The notes under the pieces: generated by a model
What the model saw: the letters and a program-made list of their open reading frames with translations, nothing else
Told to the model about the DNA's origin: nothing
Databases searched by the model: none
Program-made: the position numbers and the translations under genes
From: Balanoglossus misakiensis
Taxonomy: Eukaryota; Animalia; Hemichordata
Assembly: GCA_040954595.2 (NCBI GenBank)
Contig: CM082593.2
Coordinates: 8,813,200 to 8,877,199, forward strand
DNA: 64,000 nt
Reading direction: 5' to 3'
Shown here: positions 39,456 through 51,092 of the stretch, piece by piece
How the letters are laid out: each line of letters starts with the position of its first letter
Position numbering within the stretch: position 1 is the first letter of the stretch

Positions 39456-41301
39456 GATTTCGGTATTGCTTGGTATTTACTCACTGATGTCTTTTCAACG
39501 ACCTGAAGTGAATCACACAGATATGTTTTGGTTGAATCTTCTCAAAGTTCATGGTCGCACTTCTGTGCACATATGGGCACCTTTGGCCAAACAGTGTCTC
39601 CTTATGAGATGACCACACCGAAAATTGTCTTAACTACCAAGGATGTGTTAATTGATGCATTATATTATACCAGTATATTGATGGTGTAAATCACGCTGTT
39701 TTATTGGTCGAGACACGACACGTGACTGTGATATATTCGTCATATACCACAGTCATATATCACGCAAAACTCATAGTCAAAGAAAATGCCTTTTTAAAAT
39801 GTTTTATATTACGAACGAACGAACTCAAGAAAACCGTCAAAATTTACGAAAATGTCCCACAAGGGGCCCCGGAACTTGTGTTACGCAAAATGTTGTATTC
39901 ACTGAACTGTTTCCTAATATTACTATTCAGATTTACGGGCATGTAAACAAACCATTACTGAGTATTTGTGGTCAGTGCCGTCGTTCATCTCGACCAATTA
40001 AAATGCGACGCACAGGCAATGGTAATATAATATAATTTATCAAACAGCTACCCTATAAGAATACTCAACTGAAGATGAAAGTAGTCAGCTGAGTACAAAA
40101 GCACTGTTTTGTGACCAATTTTACCTGCCATAAATCTGATTGCAACAAATAGAATTCCTACAAAGTTTTGACTTTAAAACAGGCAAAAGATATTAATTTA
40201 AATGTTGTCGGTCATAAAAATCATTGACGTCCTTTTAAACATATGTTTCATCAAAATTGTCCTCTGAGTTTTTTGCGTTGTATATCCAATGTTGTATCTC
40301 AAAACTTTATCAGTAGGAACACATCAAGTGTGAACTATTATGTAAATCTTGCAGCTTGTTTATATAAGTGGCTTATAGTGACTTATTCACAGCAAAGACA
40401 ATTACAAACTGTGCATGCCTAAAACATCACAGACAAGGTCATTGCAAATAGTAAGAAATGTGTATAGAACACTAGCTGGGTATGTATGTGTGTGTATCAA
40501 GATAAAAAGGAAAATTTACACGTCCAAACGGTAGGAAGTTAATGCGTATGCATGTAGTAGTTTGTTGATTGACATCTAGGCCTTATCCTTTCATGGTTCA
40601 TTTTTCATCATCTTAGTCCCTGAAATGTTTGCTGCAAAATATATGTAGTTACATACATGTAGAAGATATACCAAATAGTATTGAAACTAAAGTGTTTGTC
40701 GCAAAAGTTACACATGTTATATGTCAAATTGAATAGTAAAATGGATTCATAACAAAATTGTCCTTCCGTTCAGACCCCTGTACTTACCCGTGCTCCAGTT
40801 TCACATCCACCAACGCAAATGAGCAACAATGAATGTCATTGGACAACCTTGTCCAGCCAAGCATTTGAACAATACATGCATGTATCAAGGACAGAATGTG
40901 TTATAAGGCATAAGGCCATCAACAGGGGCAATGAACTTACCATTCATTCACAGCGACCCAACTGCAATCATTGGGAGGGATGGGATATTTTGTAGGCTGG
41001 GAACCCGGGTTTGTGTATATAGAGTGATTGACATTGGCGTTGAATTATATTCATTTTGACTCATAGTCTGGGTGCTATAATGGCACAAATTGTGAAATAA
41101 AGTGATTCCTGCTCCATTTTGCAATGCTTATGTATATTAGTATAAGTGTTAAAGCCACAGTATTTCTCGTAGGGGCAAAATTTTGTTTGAAACGGCATCT
41201 ATAATTTCTAAAAGTAGATGATAATTGATACTGAATCGAACAGTCATCATCCCCAGCTCTGCTGATAAACTCATACAATTTACAATATAACGAGTGAAGA
41301 A

Positions 41302-41375
41302 TGACTTTCTGTCCGGACAGAAAGTCACGTGAGTCAGGCTAATGTTGACACACGTGACTAGTGCGCATGCGCACT
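41302..41375. promoter_or_regulatory. Cluster of palindromic motifs: 26-bp perfect palindrome, two CACGTG E-boxes, NRF1-type TGCGCATGCGCA
   Basis: TGACTTTCTGTCCGGACAGAAAGTCA, GTCACGTG, CACGTGAC and AGTGCGCATGCGCACT are visible. Confidence 0.45.
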
Positions 41376-42583
41376 CAAATGTGAATCTATGCGGAAGAGG
41401 TTTGGTCGCCCCAAATCAAGCGACTCAGCGAAGAAATGCGAACTAATTCGGCGAAATTTTGGGAAGATAACTTTATGGGAGAAATCAGTCGATGGAACCA
41501 GATCAAATCCGAAAATGGTCTGACCATCAAAATGTCAAAGTGGCACGTTTGCTGATCGACATGTACAACATTTCCGTTGTAAACAAACCCGCGCATCATT
41601 TCAAGTGTTACGGGCGATATTTTCGGCTTGCATGTAGCTACAATTGCCCAAACCTTTCTTACATCTTCATTATATAGTATTCCATGATGGATGTACTGGA
41701 AAAACGGGCTTTTTTCGATGATGAAAAATGGATGCACACGAGAAATACTGGGGCTTTAATTGTAGCAGAGATGAGTTTTTGGTTCATAATGATCCAGTTT
41801 GCCAGGGAGCCCCGAAAATCCCCATTATGGAAACAACCCGGTATGAGCATCAATCATCCCCAGAGGATATATTGCAGCATCTACATGATAACAGCCAATC
41901 AGAGCCCATGAGCTCTGATTGTGGATTTGGAAAGTAGACTTGACTGCGTCTCTAAAAAGCCAAAGAGCGTGTATGGCGACCTCTGGTGAGGCAAGAACAT
42001 GATGCTGTTAATTTGTGAAATGATAAATTGATCTCTGTCATTGAAAGACAGTTTTAAGTATTCTTATCATATGACTAGATTCACGTTCCCATGTAAAGTC
42101 TATGGGGAAAAGCGCCCTCACATCCGTGCAGTTTTTTTTGCTTATCACGCCCCGGCCCGGTGACCATATTTGGAAGACGCGTTCAATATCCGGATCTAGT
42201 TTTGTGTTTATTGCGCGAGATTCGAAAGTTGTCATTGCTACGTTCTGAATTAATTTTTTCTGGTGCGGTGTCAGTGACTAGTGTTGCACTTGATTACCAA
42301 GGCTATTCAGATGCTAATTTTAAACTTTGCATATGAATGGTAATTTAGATGCTATGCATTTTTTGTTGTTTTATAGTAAAATAAGAGAAATCAGTCCTGT
42401 TGCATGAATCCTTGATCTCACAATCTGTTGTTTTAATTGACAGCTGTAAATATTTTCCCTATAGTTTTGATTTGTAAAAAAAGAAAAAAATGCGACCTTG
42501 TTTAAAGAGCAACTTATCGACCAAACCAAACATAAAGTTTTGTTGAGCTTGATATCGTCCAGAGTTCCGGGCCGACAGCCATT

Positions 42584-42894
42584 ATCGCTTCTCGGCCTTT
42601 TGGCTAAGATCATGTTTCGTACGGCCTTTTTGGCTAAGATCATGTTTCGTACGCCTTTTTGGCTAAGATCCATGGCCAAGATCATGAGTATATGTAAGAT
42701 TCGGTTACGAATACGGTCTTACCCGTATATCTCAAACAGGAGTATCTGTTCTTATCAGCTTAATATCTGATACGCTGCTCACCGAGCAGCTCGATATTAA
42801 ACTGATTTTTGGAAACGGGCCATGGAACAGGGGCTTGCTCCGTCCTGGCCAAGGATCGACCTGGTATTGCAGTACCTCCAGGAACGGTCCACCT
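42584..42894 (+). ncRNA. RNU2: U2 snRNA gene interrupted by a 128-bp insert (42613-42740); probably non-functional
   Basis: ATCGCTTCTCGGCCTTTTGGCTAAGATCA (nt 1-29), resuming at AGTATCTGTTCTTATCAG...GATTTTTGGA (Sm site)...ATCGACCTGGTATTGCAGTACCTCCAGGAACGGTCCACC. Confidence 0.93.
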
Positions 42895-43054
42895 CACAAA
42901 TAAATAAAAAATAAGACTTGAAAATGATTTCTATAGTTTTGATTTGTAAAAATATAAAACATGCGACCTTGATTAAAGAGCAACTTATCGACCAAACCAA
43001 ACATAAAGTTTTGTTGAGCTTGATACCGTCCAGAGTTCCGGGCCGACAGCCAGT

Positions 43055-43083
43055 ATCGCTTCTCGGCCTTTTGGCTAAGATCA
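43055..43083 (+). ncRNA. RNU2: Second U2 snRNA copy, 5' 29 nt only, with duplicated upstream promoter region
   Basis: Exact U2 5' end; about 120 bp upstream (42932-43054) repeats 42460-42583. Confidence 0.88.
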
Positions 43084-43785
43084 TTGGTTGTTACTGGTGT
43101 GTTCTATCCAATCCATGAAGAGTATTTCTACAGGTGGTTTATTCATCGTTCGACGTCCTCGTGGAGCTTCATTTCTTCTGGTACCTGTTTCAAACTGGTG
43201 TTTGTAATGCTCTGAGGCATTAATAGACAAAAGACAGGAGTAGTGAACAGACAACTTTTAATGAACCGCCATCTTAGATCTGGAACAAAAACAGTGACGT
43301 CATCACAAGCCTCACTTTGGGGTCACGGCATTATTAAAGACATACTGTACATAATGCAACACCCTTTCTCTTTTGGAAAAGAAACAAAAAGACTGAGAGT
43401 CCGGAAAGTATCCTTTTTTTAAAAGTCCGACGCAACAACACGTAAGCAAACTTTGAACTTTGAGAGAAAACACGTTTGTCAAAAATCAGAACACTGGAAC
43501 TTCAAAACGACATGAGAAACACTATCAATTTTGCTGCATGCCTGAAAGAGTGTCCGAATTTGCAGCAATCAAACAAATCAAGTGTCAAATGTTATTTGGT
43601 ATAGTCACTCAAATAAACAGGTGGTTTGATAGTGAGACCACTCCTAGACTTCATGGGGGTTGTTCGCGGGGAGTGTTGACATCTTTGGAGAACATACAGG
43701 TGTTTTCTCAGTAGACTGGGACTGTACAGGCTTTGAAACACAAGTCATCGGAGATTTCTGTTGCGGTGAGCTGTACAGAGTGCTA

Positions 43786-45548
43786 GTCAAGTCTTTAGAC
43801 CCACGCAAAGCTGTTGGCCCAGATAATATTCATCCCAAGTTAATTATTCATGCTGCAGCTATTGTCTCCCGTCCACTTGCTCACATCATCAACTGCTCAT
43901 TGTCACAAGGAATTTTTCCCAATGATTTAAAAATAGCCAAAGTCATCCCAATATATAAGAAGGGCCCCCTTGAAGACGTTAGTAATTATAGACCCATCTC
44001 AATTCTTTCTACTTTCAGCAAAATTTTTGAGGCAGTTGTGAATAAACAACTCATCCATTATCTTGAGACAAAGCACGTTCTCCTGGATACACAATTTGGG
44101 TTTCGTAAAAAATACAACACCAAGCTGGCCCTTATTGACTTAGTTTCTGATATCAGTGACTGCTTAGATAGCGGTTCCATCACCTTTGGCATTTTCATTG
44201 ACTTCAAGAAAGCTTTTGACACCATCAATCATGACATCTTAATCCATAAACTTCATCATTATGGCATCAGAGGCATTCCATTACAATGGTTCAGTAATTA
44301 TCTGACAAACCGGCAGCAATCAGTTATTATTAACAACGTGTCATCTCCATACTCACAAATACAGTGTGGCGTCCCACAAGGATCAATACTTGGCCCAGTT
44401 TTATTTTTAATTTACATCAACGACATCGCCAATTCAACGAAAGCCTTCAACTTCCGCCTTTTTGCAGACGATACCAATCTGTTCAAGTTCATCAATAACC
44501 ACCACATTGACCTTACACAAGTTAACTCTGATTTTTGCAAAGTTTGTGATTGGTGTCGGGCTAATAAACTCACTATTAATGTTGACAAAACAAATTATAT
44601 GATAGTGAAAACATCCCGCAAACATGTAGTCATCAATGGGACTTTAGATATTGAAAACGCATATCCAGAGGGTCGTAAAAACTATTGCCCCGAAAATCGG
44701 TATTATCTCTCAACTTCGCCACTTTGTTCCAAAATATATTCTTCTCCTGCTCTACAACTCGCTTATCCTCCCACACATCACTTACTGCATCGAAATTTGG
44801 AACAATACTTTTACGACTTTCTTGGAACCAATTTTTCTTTTACAAAAGAAAATCACTCGCCTGATAACGTTTTCCGACTTCCGTGCCCACACTCCCCCCT
44901 TATTTAGACAGCTTGGTATCTTAGACGTTTTTAAGTTATGTAAATTTCAAACTTGTCTTTTTGTTTTTGATATGTTAAACGACCATTATGCCCAGGACAA
45001 AACCCGTTATATTCACTCTATTCCCCACAACTATCCCACCCGTTTTTCCACTGATGAAAACTTTTATATACCCAGAATTAGTCTTACACAAAGTAAACAC
45101 CACATAAAATATGCAGCAACCAATCTATGGAATTCCCTCCCAATACATATAAAAAGGATCACATCTCGACACTCATTTAAGAAAATGTTAAAAGCCCACC
45201 TTCTCCATGACGAACAGATTGCGTAAGACTTCCACCGATTTTCTGATTTACAAGACCATGTATTTATCTACTTAACTTTGTCAATTTATTTATATATCCA
45301 TTTATTTCCCTGCCAAATATTGTTTACTTCTTTTATAGTATATAATTGACTCCTCAGTTCAGCACTCGTGTATTTTCCTTTTTCAATTGGAATCTTCCAT
45401 TTGTACTGGTCACGGACTAGACTAGTTCCTAACGAACTAATTCCGTGACCATATCGGATGAATAGTATTTTATCTTTTTCTTTGTTCCAATATTCATATG
45501 TATATAATTTTTTCATTCGATAAAATAAATCAATTACAAATCAATTAC
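43786..45548 (+). mobile_element. 5'-truncated CR1/L2-group LINE (reverse transcriptase) inserted in the Gypsy integrase tail
   Basis: KAVGPDNI, NYRPISIL, QFGFRK, IDFKKAFD, GVPQGSILGP, LFADDT; frame change or deletion near 44650; 3' tail with repeated AATCAATTACA. Confidence 0.9.
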
Positions 45549-46439
45549 AGTTGGGTTGACTGGCATCACACTCTGCTCAGTTGACATTCTGTCTGTTGGT
45601 GGTTCGCTGGTTTTCTTCAGATGTGCTCTGTTGCGTCTGTATGTCGCATCTGAGGTTTCCACTTCATAAGATCTTTCATCGAGACGACGAGACACAATTG
45701 CTTTCTGCCATTCTTTCCGTCCGAGGGTGAATGGTTTCATTCTGACTACATCTCCTTCCTCCAATGGTTTCAGATCACTGGCATTTCGGTTGTAGTATGA
45801 CGCTTGTCTCATCTGTTTCTGCTGTAGGTTTCCCCTCTCCAGGGCTGGATTTACTGCTCTAGGCTGTAATAGGTTAGCCTTTGTTGGGAGTAGTGTTCTG
45901 GTTCTCCTGTTCATCAGACGTTGAACTGGACTTGAACTCATTCCTTGAGTCGGTGTTTTACGCTGGTCCAACAGTGCGAGGTACTTGTCGCTATTGGTTT
46001 TATCAGATTTTCTCAGTATGTTTTTCGCTTTCTTGACGGCTGATTCCACTTTTCCGTTCGCCTTGCTGTTGTATGGGCTGGTAGTCACATGTTCAAAGTC
46101 CCACTGTTTTGCAAATGTTGCAAACTCGTCGGCGATATACTGCGGACCATTGTCCGAGATCAGCTGTTCAGGTATTCCATGTCGTGCGAAATGACATTTC
46201 GTTGCTCTAATCACCGTTGACGACTTGGTATTTGGCAACTTATCAAGTTCATAGTAGTCACTGTAGTAATCTACAGTTACCAGGTACTCTTCATTGTTGT
46301 ATGTAAACAAATCAGATGCCACCTTTTGCCATGGTCGCTGGAGAATTTCATGGCTCATCAAAGTTTCCTTCGGCTGGGCAGTTTCAAAGGATCGACAGAT
46401 ATCACATGAGGAGATGTGATTCTTGATGTCTGAGGTCAT
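45534..46439 (-). CDS. Gypsy integrase (disrupted element)
   Basis: CDIC zinc motif, PWQKVASDLF, VDYYS, SDNGPQ, SKANGKVE, RRNR. Confidence 0.85.
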   Translation of the reverse strand: MTSDIKNHISSCDICRSFETAQPKETLMSHEILQRPWQKVASDLFTYNNEEYLVTVDYYSDYYELDKLPNTKSSTVIRATKCHFARHGIPEQLISDNGPQYIADEFATFAKQWDFEHVTTSPYNSKANGKVESAVKKAKNILRKSDKTNSDKYLALLDQRKTPTQGMSSSPVQRLMNRRTRTLLPTKANLLQPRAVNPALERGNLQQKQMRQASYYNRNASDLKPLEEGDVVRMKPFTLGRKEWQKAIVSRRLDERSYEVETSDATYRRNRAHLKKTSEPPTDRMSTEQSVMPVNPTVIDL

Positions 46440-46483
46440 TCCTGGCCAGTGTAGGCATTCACGGGCTCTGCGTAGACAACCAT

Positions 46484-47268
46484 CTATCCCAAGATGTGAT
46501 GCCCAAGATGTGATGAATGAATACGATTCATCATATCTTTTCTCAAACTCTGGGGGATGATGACTCTTTCTCCTCTGAAGATAACGCCATCTTGAACGGA
46601 TAGTTCATCTCTCAGGTTGAAGCATGGTACGACCTGTGTAGGAAGCAGTTCCTTAGTCTCAGGCCATCCCTGAAGGACCGTACTTCTCAGCATTTGTAGG
46701 GCTTCATCTTGCTCAGTAGCACTGCGTATTTCTGTCAGTCGCTCCTGACGTATGGGTAGGAAACCAACCATGTTGACTCTATCAAACATAGTTTCCATAG
46801 TGACGTCATAGGGTAGATACGCTCTGGATAAAGTATCCGCGAGATACATCTCATTGCCTTTCTTGTAGACAATGTTCACATCATAGTTCTGCACGCGAAT
46901 CATCATACGTTGCAGTCTCTTCGGCGCTTTATGTAACACTTTCTTCTGGATCATTCTAGTGGTTTGTGGTCGCTATGCACAGTGATGTGACGGCCGTAGG
47001 TGTAGTCATGGAATTTCTCCAGTGTGTAGACTACAGCTAACATTTCCTTTTCTATTTGTGCATACTTGACTTCAGTTGGCGTCAATGCTCTGCTGGCATA
47101 CGCAATAGGTCTTCCATCTTGCATGATGGCTGCACCAAGACCAGACTGGCTGCTGTCACACTGTATTTCCAGATCTTTGTCAGGATCGTAGTAGGCCAAT
47201 ACAGGGGTAGTTGTGATCAGCGATTTGAGCTTAGCAAAAGCTCGTTCATGGCTGTCATTCCATGCCAC
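46484..47268 (-). pseudogene. Gypsy RNase H and linker, frameshifted
   Basis: CDSSQSGLGA, YASRALT, YAQIEKE, SDHKPLE, LADTLSR across two frames. Confidence 0.85.
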
Positions 47269-49316
47269 TCAGTATCATTGTGAGTAAGCTGTCTGATGGG
47301 CTTCATTACATCTGACAGGTGTGGCATGAAACGGCTCAGGTAGTTCACCATTCCATTGAGTCTCTGAATATCTGCAATATTCTCAGGCCGTGGTATTTTC
47401 GTTATTGCCTCAACTTTCTTAGGGTCGGCTTTCAGGCCATCTCTGGTCAACAAATGTCTGTGAAAGGGAATCGTTGGACATCGTAGCTTGAACTTATCAG
47501 GATTCAGACTGATCCCCTTTTCTCGACATCGGATCAAGAACTTCTCTAAGTTCGCATCATGGTCAGGGTCATCTATGCCTTTGATGACGATATCATCAGC
47601 AACACAAAGTACGCCAGGTAAACCTTCAAGAGCTTGGTTTAACCTTTTCTGGAAAATCTCACTGGACACCTTTAAACCAAAGGGTAATCTGAGCCAACGG
47701 TATCTTCCGTATGGTGTGATGAAGGTAGTTAGCAGACTGGACTCTTCATCAAGGATAAGGTGCCAATACGCTGATGACAGATCAACTTTCGTAAAGACTT
47801 TCGCATTAGACAGCTCAGGCAGGAGTTCATCCAAAGTAGGGAGCTGATATCTCTCTCGCTGTAGGGCTTCGTTGAGCGGCTTCGGGTCAATACAGATTCT
47901 GATGTCACCATTTTCTTTTGTAGTAGTGACAAATTGGCTAGTCCAGGCAGTAGGCTGATCTACTGTGGTCAGTACGCCAAGTTTCACCAGGCGGTCAAGT
48001 TCCACTTTCAACTTTTTTCTCACAGAGACAGGTCCGGAGCGCGCTGGTAGGGTTACAGGTACTACATTCGGGTGAACATGAAGATGGACTTCACCTTCCA
48101 GTTTTCCAAGTTTCTTGGAAAAGACATCTGGGTATTTAGCAATCACCTCTTCTTTGTTGCATGTCTTCACAGCATTGACTGCTTTAAAGTTCTCTTTGTG
48201 TACAGAGAGTAGTTTCATCTGCTCAGTAGCGCGGAGACCGAGTAGGGGAGTCAGGTCCTCACTGACTACAACAAACTCCACAGAATACTTCTTGTTTATC
48301 TTGGGGTTGTGTACTATCAGGCGAGATACACCAAGGGGTTTCACAGTTGTACCATTCCACATGACAAGTGTTTTTGTACAAGATTTCACTTCTTGTTTCT
48401 GGAGGTACTTTACAGGTAAGATGTTGACTGTTGCTCCACAGTCCAACTGGAAATTCACTGGCTTTCCATTAACAAGCATTTCAGCATGTGCTTCTTTATC
48501 ACTGGTGCGAACTGCATTTATTTTCACAGTACTTATCCATTCACTTCGTTCAGAGTCACTGCCACTATCTACTTCATGGACAGCATGAGTTTTCTGTGGT
48601 TTGCCACACTTTTTGGCAAAGTGGTTTCTACCATTGCAGGACTTGCAGGTTTTACCCCATACAGGACACTTTGTCTTCTCTAAGACATGGGTGTAGCCAC
48701 ATAATTTACATTCAGCAGTGTGTTTGGGTTCAGGCTTTCCTTTCTTGCCTTCATCCCTCTTCTTAAAGTTCTTTGGCTTCTGTTTAGTACTCACTTTGTT
48801 TACAGACAGCCCTTGCTGTTCACCCATTGTTTTCAGTTGAGAGGTTGTAGCTTCAGCACTACGACATGTGTCAATCGCTTTACTCAGAGTCAGTTGACGT
48901 TCCTGTAGGAGACGTTTTCTGGCAGCATTGTCTCTAATGCCAATGAGTATTTGATCTCTGATCAGAGAGTCATGCAAGCATCGACAGAAATTGCATAAGC
49001 GGGCGAGATTTCTCAGATCGGTGACGTAAGCATCAATAGTTTCACCGGATTCTTGTACTCGTTTGTTAAACAAGTAGTGTTCATAGGTTACATTGGTCTC
49101 ACCAATAATATGGTCATCGAATTTTTTCAGTACAGTAGCAAGCAGAGTTTTATCTTCTTCAGCCTTGTAGTCAAAACTGTTGTATATCTTGAGCGATTCT
49201 GGGCCAATCGAATGCAGAAAGAGGGCGAGCTGGTACGCTGGGGCTTGAAAATTCAGCTGTGTAATTATGCTGTAATTTTCCCACGTTTGCTTCCAAAGTT
49301 TCCATTTTGCCACCAA
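47217..49316 (-). CDS. Gypsy gag-protease-RT polyprotein (frameshifted before RNase H)
   Basis: Zinc knuckle CKSCNGRNHFAKKC, protease LDCGA, RT RLPFGL and VADDI. Confidence 0.9.
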   Translation of the reverse strand: MVAKWKLWKQTWENYSIITQLNFQAPAYQLALFLHSIGPESLKIYNSFDYKAEEDKTLLATVLKKFDDHIIGETNVTYEHYLFNKRVQESGETIDAYVTDLRNLARLCNFCRCLHDSLIRDQILIGIRDNAARKRLLQERQLTLSKAIDTCRSAEATTSQLKTMGEQQGLSVNKVSTKQKPKNFKKRDEGKKGKPEPKHTAECKLCGYTHVLEKTKCPVWGKTCKSCNGRNHFAKKCGKPQKTHAVHEVDSGSDSERSEWISTVKINAVRTSDKEAHAEMLVNGKPVNFQLDCGATVNILPVKYLQKQEVKSCTKTLVMWNGTTVKPLGVSRLIVHNPKINKKYSVEFVVVSEDLTPLLGLRATEQMKLLSVHKENFKAVNAVKTCNKEEVIAKYPDVFSKKLGKLEGEVHLHVHPNVVPVTLPARSGPVSVRKKLKVELDRLVKLGVLTTVDQPTAWTSQFVTTTKENGDIRICIDPKPLNEALQRERYQLPTLDELLPELSNAKVFTKVDLSSAYWHLILDEESSLLTTFITPYGRYRWLRLPFGLKVSSEIFQKRLNQALEGLPGVLCVADDIVIKGIDDPDHDANLEKFLIRCREKGISLNPDKFKLRCPTIPFHRHLLTRDGLKADPKKVEAITKIPRPENIADIQRLNGMVNYLSRFMPHLSDVMKPIRQLTHNDTEWHGMTAMNELLLSSNR

Positions 49317-49680
49317 ATCCGAGCTGCTAGACAGGTCTAAATGAGACGGGTTGGATTTGTGGTGCTAATGGAGACGGTTTCTGGACCGGATGGGCATCGT
49401 TGGCTTGTATATTCTCTTCAGGAGATGACATGGCGATCGAGGAGGATTGTGTTTCAGACACAGACTGGGCGGGAAATCACCAGCGGAAAGTTTATCGATT
49501 GTACTCACGATCGATTTTTTTACAGGTCAAATCTTCGTTTTCAGTGTTCAGACAGTTATCGAGTCAGGCTATGCTCGTTTCGAACCGCTGCCACCATGTT
49601 TCAAACTGCTGTTTGTAATGCACTGAGGCATTTTAATAGTAGACAAAAGACAGGAGTTGTGAACAGACAACTTTTAATGA

Positions 49681-50408
49681 CCACATTAAAAAAGTCTGTA
49701 AAAAGGTTAGCGCTAATCTTGCACTTTTCTGGCGCATTAAGAAATATTTGCCAATTTCTACCAGAGTTACATATTACAACTCTTTTATTTTGCCCCATTT
49801 TTCATATTGTTGTTCAATATGGGGCTTGTCGTCAAATATGTCAAAATTATTTAAGTTACAGAAACGTGCAGCACGTTTGATTTTTGATATTTCAGGCAGG
49901 CACTCATCGACATCTCTTTTTAGGTCTCTTCGTTGGTTACCATTAACTGATCTTGTCCATTTTCGTATGGCTACTCTAGTTTTTAAATCACTTAACAATT
50001 TAGCACCTGTATATATGAGAGACATGTTTACATATACTAGAGATATACATTCAATTAAAACCAGATCAGCAGTTGCCAACAATCTGTATATCCGGGCAGG
50101 ACCTGGAGCACACAAGGTGGTATTTAAAAACAGTCTACCTATTGCAGGAGCACGTGTGGGGAATAATTTACAACAGGAAATTAGGCAATCAGATAGCATC
50201 AACATTTTTAAACACAGATATTTAAAGAATTTTTTTAATGAATTTTAACTACTTTTAATTATGATTGCATTTGTATATAGTTTGTTGTAAGTCTTTGTCG
50301 ATGTTTTGTCTAGTTGTGTATGTATCTTTTTTGAGGGCCATGGGGAGAATAAGTGAAAACTTACTGTGCTACCCTCGTTAAATAAAGTTTATTATTATAA
50401 AAGTTTAT
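49681..50408 (+). mobile_element. 3' fragment of a CR1/L2-group LINE inserted in the Gypsy 5' LTR
   Basis: YNSFILPHFSYCCSIWG...KLQKRAARLI...LRWLPL; AATAAAG(TTA)n-type tail; TAATGA repeated at both junctions. Confidence 0.85.
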
Positions 50409-50609
50409 TAATGAACCGCCATCTTAGATGAAAGTGCTGGAACAAAAACAGTGACGTCATCACAAGCCTCATTTTGGGGTCACGGCATTATTAAAGACAT
50501 ACTGTACATGATGCAACAGTACCAGCCAGGTGGACATGAGCGTGAGTTGCTTCTTTTTTAGCTTCTCTTTTTTCTTTGTCGTTTATGATTTTTTTATTTT
50601 CGCTTCAGT

Positions 50610-51092
50610 GTGGTACGTAAAGATCGCACGCTTTTGTTGAAGTTCGATAGTTCTGTTGCTGATGTAAAAGTAGTTTTTGATCAGCTTAGTAGTGTAGGCG
50701 TTGAAGCCAAGCTTCATTTAGAGGCTGTCCAGAGACTGCCTGGTAATGCAGTTGATGTAACGTTCAGGACGCTCGCGTTTAGGCGACTTTTTGAAGAGCG
50801 TTTGAAATGTAAAACGGACTTTGTTACTCATTCGTATGGGTCGGATATTGTTGTGGTGACCGCATTATATATTGATAACGAGCTTGACGACAACTATGTG
50901 CAGTACATTCTGACTGGTTATGGTACTGTTTTGGCGGCCAGGAAATGTGTTTTTTCGCACGAGCCATCAGTTTTTAACGGCACAAGGCAGTATCGTATGA
51001 GGTTGAAGAAAAACATTCCCTCCGTTATTCGTATTGGTAGTAGGAACGCTTGGTTTTCTTATTCTGGTCAGCCTCGCACATGGTTTCATTAG
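50610..51092 (+). pseudogene. ORF1 of a Tx1-clade non-LTR retrotransposon (Keno-like), truncated at the zinc knuckle
   Basis: DVTF...YGTV...NGTRQYRMRL..IPSVIRIG...YSGQPRT(C)FH pattern of Tx1/ZCCHC3-like ORF1; removing the Gypsy joins its 5' UTR to U2 nt 29. Confidence 0.75.

Larger units (their letters stand above)
43186..50518 (-). mobile_element. Full-length but decayed Gypsy/Ty3 LTR retrotransposon
   Basis: LTRs TGTTTCAAAC...ATGCAACA at 43186-43361 and 49597-50518 (the latter split by a LINE); 5-bp TSD GTACC; tRNA-Leu-type PBS (ACCGCTGCCACCA on +, 49584-49596); polypurine tract at about 43362-43374. Confidence 0.93.

Noticed and set aside
41492-41911. Possible Academ transposase N-terminal remnant (HFKCY motif)
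   Set aside because: Too short and decayed, and no termini found; not supportable without a profile search
42584-42700. Short direct repeats resembling a CRISPR array
   Set aside because: Eukaryotic context, repeats are U2-derived, spacers are identical, no cas genes
43660-43785. N-terminus of the 415-aa RT ORF
   Set aside because: This part is antisense Gypsy sequence; the LINE begins near 43786
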